Below are positions 51,834 to 64,000 of a stretch of 64,000 bases of DNA, one piece after another. The position numbers and the translations under genes are program-made. A model generated the notes under the pieces. That model was not told the DNA's origin. It was given only the letters and a program-made list of their open reading frames with translations, and did no database searches. The stretch spans positions 1,984,001-2,048,000 of the forward strand of contig OX442314.1 of assembly GCA_949358305.1 (NCBI GenBank), written 5' to 3'. Every line of letters starts with the position of its first letter. The stretch's first letter is position 1. Origin of the DNA: Strigamia acuminata (taxonomy: Eukaryota).

Positions 51834-53164
51834 CACGTCCCTGACACGTCTCCGGTCCAACAAAGCCGCATCACTGCAGGATCATCTGGGAAATAGAAAA
51901 ATAGAAAATAACAAACGGCCGCCATTAGTCGTTTCTATAGTAACGTTTAAAATGGCGGAAAACAAAAGAAATTTGGGATTTTAAGAGGATTGTGGTATTT
52001 TTTTTAAATTTTTTACTTGTTTGTTCAATTTATTTGAGCAAATAGTTCCGTTTTATTTATTTTTCTTTCTTTCGGTTTTTAATTTTTACGTTTTCGCTTC
52101 CACTTGTCGTCGCGATGGGATCGTCGAAAAGGTGGTGCGGATTAAACCGAAAGACAAATCGATCTGCGCGGAATTTATACGAATTTTCTAATTCGTGCAA
52201 ACTGACTAAGAAATAATAAAGATTTAAAAATAAATATATCGGAAATTAAAAGTGGAAGAACGAATTAAAAAAATCAAAAAAAAAAACACGGATTTCGTCC
52301 CAAATAAAAAAATTCCTCCTCCGCCTTTTCCGTTTCGCCCGAACGGCCCGAACTGATAAATCCGCGCGTGTAAAATAGAAAAACGGGAGAAAAGTGCGCG
52401 AAATGGAGCCGAAACAACGCCGGATTCGTCCGACAAATGTTTATTCCGGTCGAGTGGTCGTCGGTTCGCAACAACTAAAACGAGGTGCATTTAACGGGCT
52501 AAAACACAACACGCCTCATCGACCATTTATTGCCCACTTCCTCTTCAATCGACGTCGGGACGCTCCGAATAATACATCAACCCGCTTTAACGAGCGTGAG
52601 CGTCCGAATTGCGAATTAAAAATTAGAAATTGAAAAATTGTGAATTACAAACGGGGATTGATTAATTTGGTTCTTTTAAATTATTAATAAATGAATGGGG
52701 AAAAAATGTTAGATCGAGAAATGATTGGCATTTCGGTTCGATCGAGGGGTAATGGGTCGGCGAATAAAACAACGGGTGCGTTATACGTACCACTTGTCTA
52801 GAAAATCCGTCCCAGTCACGATTCAACGACACGAAAATCGACGCGAACCGAGCAAAACAGTTTTCGTCGGGTTTACACCGCCATATTGGAAATTTGGAAT
52901 CAATTTCACGTCACGTGGCAACCCAATGTGGAAGAATATAAAGTGTAAAATTGAACTAAATAATTAAATTCGAGAGTTAATAAATTAGTTTTTTTATTTT
53001 AAAAAAATAATAATTTCTAAATTTTAATTCGCGTTTGCGACGAATAAAGATTAAATAAATAAAAGTTGGTATCTGCGGAGCTGAATTTGCGAAGCGGTCG
53101 CCATTTTGAGCGGATAGATTTTCGAGTGTTGCGAGTTTGGATTTTTGAGAGAAAAATTACGAAC

Positions 53165-53458
53165 ATGTCGGCTTTGCGAGCTGTTGTGAGCAAAACCAAT
53201 TCCGCGATGAATCAGATGCTGATTCCGCGACGAACCTACGTGGTGTCGGGGCCTCCGAAAGTGCGAATTCCATTTGCGGTTAGTGTTAGCGAATATTCGG
53301 AACAAATTTTCGGAGTATGAATTATGAATTTGTTGTTGCAGGAAAAAGCTGTTCACGGGATGTTCATCGTGGCGGCAATTATCACCACGCCGATGTGGAT
53401 CATGGCGCATTTGAGGTCGTACAGGAATCGCGACGGCGGTGCCGAGGCCAGCGAATAA
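53165..53458 (+). CDS. COX8: Cytochrome c oxidase subunit 8, 2 exons
   Basis: Basic presequence, then VVSGPPKVRIPFA|EKAVHG..TPMWIMAHLRSYR, matching the recalled arthropod COX8 pattern. Intron at ~53279-53341. Confidence 0.85.
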
Positions 53459-55038
53459 ACTGAATCCTAATCGGATCGTAACCGAAGTTTTGTTATGTAA
53501 ATAGTGACCGTAGCCAATGTTTCGATTTATTTTCCCGTTCAATTCGAGAATGTAGACAAATGTTCGAATAAATTAAAGAAAAAAAAAAAGTATTTTGTTT
53601 GTAGGTAAGATGGCGGCCATTTATCAGTGGGCGATGGTATAAAATGAGTTAATGTAAACAAACAGAAAAATCAAATGAAATTTGTTATTATTCCATGGGT
53701 CAGACTTCAATAAAGTCTTGAATTTAGTTAAAGCAGATCTTGCTTAGATCTTTGACAGCCCTCGCAGTAAAAATGGGCGAGGATGACTTTAGCGGAAGTT
53801 GGTTCGTTTCCTGAATACGTTTCCTCAAATCCCGCTGAGGGATTTTTTTCCTAACATGCTGAAAAATCTATCTGATAGTTGAGTGGTTCCCAAACTGCGA
53901 AATATTGCAATATTAGAAAATATTATAAAGATTTGGGTATTAGGTCGCTCCTTGGAGATCTTGCCAACTGCCGTATGACTAAAGCTGCTATTTTTGCGGA
54001 CTAAAAACAATAAAATTGAAGGCGGAAAGCCCTTTTGCGGAGTTATTGCAGGCTCATTTTTTGGTGTTAATTATAATTTTTTGAACCTAAAAATGAATTT
54101 TTGGTCCAAAAGATGGATTTTTGGTCAAAAGATGGATTTTCGGCCCAAAAGATGGATTTTTGGTCCAAAAAATGAATTTTTGGTCCAAAAGATAAAATTT
54201 TGGTCCAAAAAATTATTTTTGCAAGACATCCCAATTGCGGATTTTCCGCAAAATTGCGGTACAACGATCCGATTGCGGAAATTGCGCACCAAAATTATCC
54301 TCAGAATGGAAAATTTTGGTGTCAAAATGCTCCATTTGCCCTATCCACAACCATAAGTATGGAAACATTTTAAACAACATTTATTTTCCGCATCCAGGTC
54401 GACACAACCGTCTTTAAACTAAGTTGACATGTATGCATTGCGCACCTATACTTCACATCAACAGTGTGCATTGTGATCTTGATTGAAGCACGAGTTGAAA
54501 TATTTCAACTTCAACGCACGGTCATTTTAATTTTAATATCGGCGCAGGTATCGGTATCGGCCGATATTCAGTTGCCGATTATCGGCATTGGCGATACTGT
54601 AAAATATCGATATCGGTCAAAGTCTATTAAAAAGAGGCACAAATCGCCATTTTTTCCCGGAAAAATTGCGATTTATACATTTATAGCCAATTTCGGCTTT
54701 TTATTGAATAAAAATAATTCCTATGCATTTATGCATTTATCCGGGGCCTTACTCATCGGTGAATTTTGCCCACATTAATGCTACCCATCTGGCTTGGCAC
54801 TTGATCCTGCCTCGAGCGGGTGGTCAGTATTTGGATGGGTCATCTGCTGGGAATTTTTTTGAAATCAATAAAGTCAGTTCAAGTATTAATTTTTTTTAAA
54901 ATCACGTGAATACAAAAAATAGAAGAAAAAAAAAAGACAACACTTAAAATTTTTATATATTTTTTTTGGAAAACTTGGAAATATTCAAAATATGTCAAAA
55001 AATAAGATTTTGTTGTAGTACGTGGAAAGATATTACTA

Positions 55039-58000
55039 TTATATTTTGCCGATACGATGCACCGACCACGAACGAAACAATCGACTGGATTGGCGTTTCT
55101 CTATGGGTTTCCCGTGCGAAAGTTGCAGTTCCAATTTCGCCCCGTTCGACAGAACGAACCAGTCGGTAACTTCTTGAGTTTGAGCCTCGCAATCGAACAG
55201 TTCCTTTAAAACTACCGTCTTGGTCGCGATCGTTTCCTTCTTCTCGGTGCGGATGTCGAAGACCAGAACGGCGCTCTTGGACACGCCGGACGACGAATCC
55301 ATCTGGAATTCCGTGTCGAATCTCGGGTTCAGTGACGACGGAACGAGCGCCGACTTACAGATCGTCTTGCCGCTTACGGATCTCGAACTTTTCTCAACAT
55401 TTCTATTTAAAAAATAAAAAATAAATGAAAAATTTTAATTCAATTTGCGAATTCTCACAACGTATGAGTGGCGGTCAGATGTTTGGACGCCTTTCACGAT
55501 TTTGTGGGGATTATTATATCTTTATTACGGTTGTCTAGGCGTTGTGCTTTCACCGTGCTATCGCCTAGGTCAGGGGTCGGCAACCTTTTGAGACGGAAGA
55601 GCCAAAAGTTACAATTTACAAAATTTCCCAGTTTTTAAAGAGCCACTAACATTTTTGTTTCATTATTATGGTACATTATGGTACATTATGGTACATCGAA
55701 AGAACCGCATGTGGCTCGCGAGCCGCAGGTTGCCGACCCCTGGCCTAGGTCAGGGGTTCTCTAACTCTTTAGCATTGCGACTCATTTTTAAGACAGGCGA
55801 TCTTCGGCATAGCGCCCCACATTAAATGTTTTCAAAATGAACTACGACAGATGTTACTATTTTCCCATCCTACAAAATTCATCACTTTGGGAAATTACAA
55901 TAGCTATAAACCTCCATTTTTGGGGGTTTTGGTTGGTTTTTGTAGATGTTGAGATTTTTGGATGGTTTTTGTAGATTTTGAGGGGTTTTTGGATTGTTTA
56001 TGTAGATTTTAAGGGGTCTTTGGATAGTTTTTGTTGATTTTGAGAGATTTTTGGATGGTTTTTGTAGATTATGAGGGGTTTTTGGATTGTTTATGTAGAT
56101 TTTAAGGGGTCTTTGGATAGTTTTTGTTGATTTTGAGAGATTTTTGGATGGTTTTTGTAGATTTTGAGGGGTTTTTGGATTGTTTATGTAGATTTTAAGG
56201 GGTCTTTGGATAGTTTTTGTTGATTTTGAGAGATTTTTGGATGGTTTTTGTAGATTTTGAGGGGTTTTTGGATTGTTTATGTAGATTTTAAGGGGTCTTT
56301 GGATAGTTTTTGTTGATTTTGAGAGATTTTTGGATGGTTTTTGTAGATTTTGAGGGGTTTTTGGATTGTTTATGTAGATTTTAAGGGGTCTTTGGATAGT
56401 TTTTGTTGATTTTGAGAGATTTTTGGATGGTTTTTGTAGATTATGAGGGGTTTTTGGATTGTTTATGTAGATTTTAAGGGGTCTTTGGATAGTTTTTGTT
56501 GATTTTGAGAGATTTTTGGATGGTTTTTGTAGATTTTGAGGGGTTTTTGGATTGTTTATGTAGATTTTAAGGGGTCTTTGGATAGTTTTTGTTGATTTTG
56601 AGAGATTTTTGGATGGTTTTTGTAGTTTTTGAGTGGTTCTTGGATAGTTTTTGTAGATCTTGAGGGGTTTTTGGATACTTTTTGTAGATATTGAGGGGTT
56701 TTTGGATACTTTTTGTTGATTTTGAGAGATTTTTGTTAATTTTGAATGGTTTTTGTAGATTTTGAGAGCTTTTTGGATGGATTTTGTAAAGATTTTAGAA
56801 GATTTTGTAGCTTTTGCTTGTCTGAAGTGTATTGCAACCAATTACAGGCAGTAAGTTGGAATTGGAAACGGCAAAAATTGAAAGAAAAAAAATAGAAAAA
56901 ACAATCTAGGAACAAAAATTTTTGGCAACAAAGTGATTAAACACCTTTGCGCCCCACCGAAAATCAGCCCGCACCCCACAGTTTGAGAAACGCTGCCCTA
57001 GGTTGTTCCCAGACCAACTGCTCACTGCAGGATCGGAATAACTTGCCCCGCCATGCATTGCAACACGGCCCAACCGCAGGGACTTGAGAGCGACCTCGCC
57101 TCTTATTGCCATCGGATTGTACTGGCTACTGGGTCAGTTTAGGACATGTCGCTGTCTATATACTGACCGCTTAAAGAATTCTCTGTTCTGATTGGTTGCA
57201 ATAGGAACTGTATAATGCTGATCACACATTTTCTACCTGTGCAGTCTAACGCGGCAGTAAATGAGATGCTGAGACGCTTGAAATCCCAGTCCTTGAACGA
57301 CGCGACCTTGAAGATTAAAAAAACGCGTTCGGACTTCTTTTTTATCGTCAGGGGAGTGTACGAGTTTGGAAATATCTGGATGGGAAGTGGCTTGAACGAG
57401 TCTAAAACACAGAAAGAACAAAATAAAAGGCTAATGTCGACAAACGTAATCAAAAATGGACAATTTTTACGTGTCAAAATCGTTGCAGGGTACCGACGCG
57501 TCGCGGGTTTCGACCGTGACCCGATCGCGCATCGATTTCGCTTTGGGTTCGTGGACACTGGCCTCCGATCGAAATCGTCGCAGCGGATGGGCAAAACCCA
57601 ATTTCATCTAAAAAAGAAAAATTTCTTAGAATCGGGGTCGGAAAACTCAAAAATGCATCAAATTAAAAATCAAACCTTCTGCTTCATGGCCCGAATGCTC
57701 GAGTATTCGGGCGTTGACCTCATATTCGATTTCGAGTTGTTTTTCGGATTCACTTCGTCCGGACTCGGCTGATTCCTGACCCTCGTGTCGTCTACATCGA
57801 CTCGCGTCGGAAGACGTGAACAAATGTCCTCGACGATGTCCTCCTCCACCTACACGAATTCCAATTATTTTATTTTATTCAAGTTAAATTAGAATTGCAA
57901 AAATTGAATGATTTTGGCCTCAATGAATTTTTTAGGCCTAAGTTTGAATTTTTGGGCCTAAATTTGAACTTTTGGTCGAAATAATTGAACTTTTGGGGCT

Positions 58001-61000
58001 AAATTTGAACTTTTGGGCCTAAATTTGAACTTTTGGTCGAAAAAATTAAATTTTTGGGCCTAAATTTGAATTTTGGGCCTAAATTTGGATTTTTGGTCGA
58101 AAAAATTGAACTTTTGGTCGAAAAAATTGAATTTTTGGGCCTAAATTTGAACTGTTGGGCCTAAATTTGAATTTTTGGTCGAAAAAATTGAATTTTTGGT
58201 CGACAAAATTGAATTTTTGGTCGAAAAAATTGCATTTTTGGTCAAAACATTGACTATGAAACTTAATTGGGTACAAAAATAAATAGTAAAAATTACAAAT
58301 TACAAAATTACAATTTATTGTTATTTTATTTATTTTCTTTCGGTCGAAATTCACCTCAATTCGCGGTAGATCGACGGACTGCGACGAAATGGATCCGTTG
58401 TCGCCGGCGCCGCTAACGCTCAGCGAGATACTGGATGGTTTTCTCGGCGGAATGGGCGACGGAACGGCCAGCGGAAGCTTCCGGTTGACGGGCACGCTGC
58501 TCGTCGGCAATGGCGGCTTGGCGTTGAAATTCATATTCACATTGTTCATGTTCGGCGGAGGACTCATCGGCGATTTTAGCATCTAAATGTCACAAAATTC
58601 ACGAATCAATTGTCGATCATCTTAGTCACAAAAGTCGTTAATACTCAAGTCAAAAAATAAAAAAATAAAAAAATAAAAAAATAATAAAAACTGATAACTT
58701 GAAAAAAATATTTATTTAGTTTGTTAATAAATACAAAATAAAAAATAAAAATATTAGACTTGAAATCGACAAAATAGAATATATAGAGACAATTCCAACG
58801 TATTTCGTTACAGGAGTTAGGATTTTTAGCTGTTTTTCGAATCAAAACGTGCAAATTTACCTGATTACAATCTACAGAACCGCCTTTCTCATTCTCCTGC
58901 AACTGACAACAACAACATAACAAAACAAACGAAAAAACAAGAATAAAATTGTACTTGAGCGGTCAAGATGAATAAATAAATAAATAAATAATTAAATGGA
59001 TAAAAATCAATGAATATTTCGCAGCTACAACGGTTCCTCGAAGGAAGAGGAGCGTAAAATCTGCTCTCGGCTCACCTCAAAGTCCTCGGAAATAACTTTA
59101 ATCTTAAGCTCGATTTCGCCCGTTTTCGTGTCCTCCAACGTAAACCAATCGGATTTATTCTGCAAATTAATTCGTTTTCAAAAATAAAAATAAATAAAAA
59201 TAAATAAAAAAAAAATGAAGAAAAATGAAGAAAAATGAAGAAAAATGAAGAAAAATGAAGAAAAATGAAGAAAAATGAAGAAAAATGAAGAAAAATGAAG
59301 AAAAATCAATAAAAAGCAAGAAAAATCAAGAAAAATCAAGAAAAATCAAGAAAAATCAAGAAAAATCAAGAAAAATCAAGAAAAATCAAGAAAAATCAAA
59401 ATCGAGAAAAATAAAAATCGAGAAAAATATAAAAATCGAGAAAAATATAAAAATCGAGAAAAATAAAAATCCAAAATTACGTTTGACGAGATCTCCCGAA
59501 TTTCTTTGAGTTTCAAATTCACGCTGCCGAGAAAATCTCTCATTCCTAACGGATCGCGATCCCAAACGATCTGAAACCAACAAAAAAAAAAGATACCCAA
59601 AAATTTCCAACACGAAAATTCAAATCCAAAAAAATACCACGGCCAACGTGTCGTCCGCTTTGGGCAACTGCAGCGTCGCCGTCTCCTCCCATTTCGGATT
59701 CAACGTCTTTTTTTGATAACTCGTCTTGAAGACGCATTCGTTATTGATCTTCACTTCGCAGTAGGGGTCGCTGAACCCGTTCAAATCCTTGGCGACCAAA
59801 TCGCGCGCGCCAATCACCGTCAGTTCCATCAACCCGGCGCCGCTCGAAAGAATGTCGCCGAAATCGAGGTTGGTCATGCCGTCCACATCTTTGCTACTGC
59901 TCAAAAACATTTTCTACAAACAACAAAAAATCCATTTTATTATTAAATCCCATTTTGTTTATCCATTCCTCTCATTTACGGCCGATTGCATGAACGTCGC
60001 GCTTCGATTTTTCGTCTTGGAATTCACGCTCTCCTCTTCGTCGCCCCCGCTGCCCATCGGAGCATTATCTAAACGTAAACAAATAATTAATTATTTTTAA
60101 TTTCATTTCTTTTTCAATATTGTTACGCCTACGGACCGTTCTGGTTAACGGCCGATCCGTAGCGCACTATTTCGATTTATTAGTTGCTAAATTTCGTCGA
60201 TAGATGGCGTTGGCAACTAATAAATCCAAATAGCGTGCTATGGATTAGCCGTTAACGTTAATCGGAACGGTCCGTACGCATAACAATATTTTGTACCAGA
60301 TTCCGCCACGGACGCCACGGGACGAAAAATGGCGGAAACGGTGATGGCGCCGAAATGTTTATTTTCTGGAAGATTCGTCGGAACATTAAAAGTCAATGGA
60401 ATTTGTCTCCGCATCACTACGGGCTCGTCCGCGATCATCGCCAAACTTCCGATGCCCAACAAATCGGAATCCACCATTTTGTCCGTATCCCAATTGCAAA
60501 TGGCGAACGAAAGCACCATCTTTGAAAAAAATCATCAAAATCCATCAATTTTTCATCAATTTTTGACCAAATAAAATCTCTCACTTCTAAGTAATCCGCC
60601 ACGAGGAATTCGACGTTTGTTTCCCACTTGGGACTGCACGAGTTGCACACGTAGTGGCTCGCTTTCACCTTCTTCCGGTTGCAGAAAATGATGCAATACG
60701 GATTGGGCGAGCCGCGCTTGTCGGGCGCAAGCAGATCCTCGGCGCCGTGAATGCACACGTACATCACGCCCGCCACTTGGCCGTTCGTTTCGATTTTCAA
60801 ATCGTCGTTCGACGTGTCAATGGGGATCAGTGGCGTGTACTCCATCCGCAAATTGAGGCTCGGAGAGCTCGTCATCGTTTTACTTTTCTGCAAAATCGTC
60901 TCCACCCTGCAACACAAATATTTCTTCCGATTAAAAATCACAATTTTCGCCACATTTAATTTTAATTATTAGCTGTGTATTGTTTAATTAACGTTTCTGG

Positions 61001-63140
61001 TATAGTTTTTTCTGCTCTTTCGTTTGGTGTTTAGTTTTTGACGATGCGAGCTTTCATTCTCGAAATATTTGTGTTTTTTAAATCAATTTTGCCTACGCCA
61101 TTTTGAACGATGCGCGCGCATCGTTCAAAATGGCGGCATTTGTGCATTATCAATTTTTATTTTATCGTGTATGTGCAGTTAAAATAATAAATATATGTCT
61201 CTCGTACGAAAGAAATTACAAGAATAATGTGAATTTCTTCGGGTATTACAATAATAAATAAAAAAATGACAAACTTACACGTGATTTGTATCCAAACCGT
61301 ACGCCGACAGCGGTACTTCGAATTGCGCCAACGTGATCGTGCTAATCAGCCGTTTCGTCTTCAATTTAATGGTCAACTAAAAGTAAAAATTAAAAATAAA
61401 AATTCGGTAAATAAATCCAACTAGACGAACCTTGTCCTCAAGTAGATTTTCGACTAAAAACGTCCGGCATTCCTGCCAGCGCATGGAAGGCGCGAAACGT
61501 GACGTCACTTGTTTCTGCTCCCTCAGATGAATGACGCACCAGCGGTCTTCTTCGTTCATTGCGGCTGAAAATAAACGGATAAATTTCACATTCTAGGGTT
61601 AATCGAGGGAAGCCGAACCTGAAATTTTATTTTGTTGGAGTCTGCTTAAAGTTATCGTCATCACTCCTTGAGCTGAAAAAAATTTAAGATTTTTAAATTT
61701 TTAAATGTAAATTTTTCGAATCGTTTGGTTTACCGAGCGAATTGCTCAAGCAATGGCTGGGCACGTAACCGTCGATTGGACAGATATTTACGTCCAGCTT
61801 GCCCGGGTCGACCAGTGCTGCGAATGCGAATCAATAAATTATCATCACTTTTAATTAAAACGTCAGAGTGAATTAAATTACCTGTCGTCAACGCGTCCAT
61901 TACGAGTGAATGGACCCACGTTTTTAATCCTGGAACTTCCATCATTTGAACCGTTTTTAAAATGCGTAAATTAAACCACACTTCGGGTCTGAAAGAAATT
62001 GGAATTTTAATAAAAACTGCAAAAATTTAATTTTTGTATGTAAAGATGCAATTTCACAAGCAAAAGTGCCATTTTACAAGCAAAAGTGCAATTTTTATGT
62101 GCAAAAATGCAATTTTTATATGCAAATTGCAATTTTTATATGCAAATTGCAATTTTTATATGCAAAAATGCAATTATTATGTGCAAAACTGCAATTATTA
62201 TGCGCAAAACTGCAATTTTTGTGCAAAAATGCAATTTTATATGAAATATTTTTATATGCAATGATGCAATTTCACGAGCAAAACTGCAATTTTTATGTGC
62301 AAAACTGCAATTATTATATGCAAAACTGCAATTATTATATGCAAAACTGCAATTATTATGTGCAAAACTGCAATTTTTATGTGCAAAACTGCAATTTTAT
62401 ATGCAAAATGCAATTTTATATGCAAAATGCAATTTTATATGCAAAATGCAATTTTATATGCAAAATGCAATTTTACATGCAAAATGCAATTTTATATGCA
62501 AAATGCAATTTTATATGCAAACTGCAATTTTATATGCAAAAACGCAATTTTATATGCAAAATGCAATTTTATATGCAAAATGCAAATTTCATACGCAAAC
62601 TGCTATTCAATTTGGCAAAAAAAATTTCTAAGAACAAAATTGCATCATAAACTGCAAATTGCATCAATTTTTCATTACTTTTCGAGAAAAGAAATAGTTG
62701 CTTTCGTCACGTGCGGAAAACTAGAATCCATATTCAAGTTGAGAATCAAACTCAATTTCCCATTAATGTTTAATTTCTCTAGGGCGATGTCCATATCCAT
62801 TCCAACTCTTAAAAACCAAAACAAAAAACAAATTAAAAAATCATTTCCATCCATTCGAATGATTCGAATCAAATATAAATTTCTCCAAAACAACTCCGTA
62901 CCCTTTTCCACCCAATCGCGAGCAAAGCAACATCCGGAAATCCGGGCACTGCAATCCCACGTCCAATTCCAGATTCAACTGACATTTCACGGTCCGCGTC
63001 AAATCAAACCCGGACTTAGCGAAAACAGTCGAGTAAGTCAGCGGCGTTTTCGCTCCCGAGCTCACGTCGAACGCCTTAACGGAATTAATAAACGGCGTGC
63101 TGTCGCCCAAGCTAAATTCCCGAAGTTCGACGCTCTCTAA
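55039..63140 (-). CDS. SMP-domain, multi-C2-domain protein (extended synaptotagmin/tricalbin-like); 5' exons not resolved
   Basis: SMP-like ELREFSLGDSTP..IALEKLNINGKL..PEVWFNL..VPGLKTW, followed by several C2 exons (GVMYVCIHGAEDL..DKRGSPNPY; ARDLVAKDLNGFSDPY..KKTLNPKW; WDRD..DFLG). The last exon ends HRIGKI*. Confidence 0.82.
55571..55742. mobile_element. hAT MITE (CAGGGGTCGGCAACCT TIR)
   Basis: Perfect 16-bp TIRs. TSD GCCTAGGT at 55563-55570 and 55743-55750. Confidence 0.92.
55751..56995. mobile_element. Second hAT-type non-autonomous element carrying a 93-bp (3 x 31) tandem array
   Basis: Imperfect TIRs CAGGGGTTCTCTAACT / AGTTTGAGAAACGCTG, flanked by GCCTAGGT and CCCTAGGT. The array lies at ~55930-56800. 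Confidence 0.82.
60121..60285. mobile_element. Palindromic MITE-like foldback in an intron
   Basis: TGTTACGCCTACGGACCGTTC...GAACGGTCCGTACGCATAACA imperfect long inverted repeats. Confidence 0.7.
62040..62620. repeat. Intronic 19-21-bp minisatellite (ATGCAAAATGCAATTTTAT)n
   Basis: Tandem array visible; the units are partly self-complementary. Confidence 0.9.
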
Positions 63141-64000
63141 ACAACAACAAAATCCATTCAAAAAAATCCATTTATCCCCACAAACCGACAATTCGACAAA
63201 CAACCGAGAAAAGACGGCTTCGACTCATTCAGCAACGGATCCAACGAATTTTTCACGAGTCGGAAAATGCTCGGAGAACTAAAAATCCACCTAAAATTTA
63301 AAAAAAAAAATTAAATTAAATTTTATTAATAGACCCCGGATATTTACGCAAAATAAAATTTGTTTTACGCGCATGAAATATGCACCAAAAATTCAATTTT
63401 ATGCAAAATAAAAAAATTTATCCGAATGAAATCAGGTGTTAAATAACAACTTAATACCATTTCAAAGTGTTCTTGATGTAAATGATTTATAATTAGTAAT
63501 TAAAATTCATTTATTTCTATTTTTTTATTTGTTTATTTCTTAAAACTTTTTCCAGACACTAATTTAGTGACTTTCCTGGTGTCTGTTTTTTGCGAAGTCC
63601 TTAGTTTACCGAACGCAAGCATACATACACGATACGTTTCTTTAAAAAAAGGCAAAAATTGATACCGTATTACCTCACATTAAGCCGCATGCCGGTGTAG
63701 TGCGAGTTATACCGGCATGCCGATAAACCTAGTTTTTAACGGCATGCCGTAAGTGAGTACAAATTTTTCTAAATGAGAATTCAGCCAAAACAAACATAAA
63801 ATCCTTATTTTAGATCTTCAAAATGTAAGAAATTGCCTTAAATTTCTATAAATTTACCCAGATTTTAGTAAAAATCTGCTGAAAATAAGGAAAACTTAAA
63901 TTTTAGTCCCAAAAACCAACATAATTATTCATCCGGGCTCTTTAAAGTAAAAAAAACAAAATGCCCGCTTTTTCACTTATACCGGCATATTTCGCTTTAT

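Noticed and set aside
49032..51984. Long antisense and alternate-frame ORFs over BTBD7 (also over the HEAT, NEMF and RPUSD1 exons)
   Set aside because: Expected shadows of GC-rich coding exons, with no recognisable domains.
54535..54630. ATCGG/CCGAT-rich imperfect palindromic patch
   Set aside because: Probably a repeat remnant, but no termini or second copy in the window support a call.
55882..56841. 319-aa Lys-rich repeat ORF
   Set aside because: Translation of the 93-bp array inside an intronic hAT element. No evidence of coding function.
55455..57230. Host sequence around the stacked hAT elements with a CTAGGCG..CGCCTAG hairpin and CCAAT/TATA/AATAAA on the minus strand; considered a structured ncRNA or solo LTR
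   Set aside because: No ribozyme or snRNA consensus recognised, and no TG..CA ends with a TSD could be fixed.

Overview
A gene-dense, AT-rich eukaryotic (invertebrate, arthropod-like) genomic window with short GT-AG introns. Most of the supplied ORFs are single exons or repeat-derived noise, so gene models were assembled by hand from splice sites. The first ~28 kb is a dynamic accessory block. It contains an intact THAP/P-element transposase, two derived VRK/NHK-1 kinase paralogues, a HEAT-repeat gene, a stand-alone intronless Prp8 RNase H-like domain, a BC-box LRR gene with a scrambled copy, nested Ty3/gypsy LTR elements and an RNF8-like gene. The remaining ~36 kb is mostly conserved single-copy genes: canonical VRK/NHK-1, DPY30, two related orphan genes, CCDC85, NEMF, ZC3H14, RPUSD1, BTBD7, COX8 and an SMP/multi-C2 protein. 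Their introns are swollen by minisatellites, hAT MITEs and Helitrons. The best candidate for a new system is the VRK paralogue at 3870-7198 (-). It splices in frame into a complete barrier-to-autointegration factor (BAF) domain, so the kinase is fused to a copy of its own canonical substrate. Second is the free Prp8 RNase H-like domain gene, whose stop codon was displaced by a MITE to give a new hydrophobic tail. All homology calls come from recalled motifs, not database searches.
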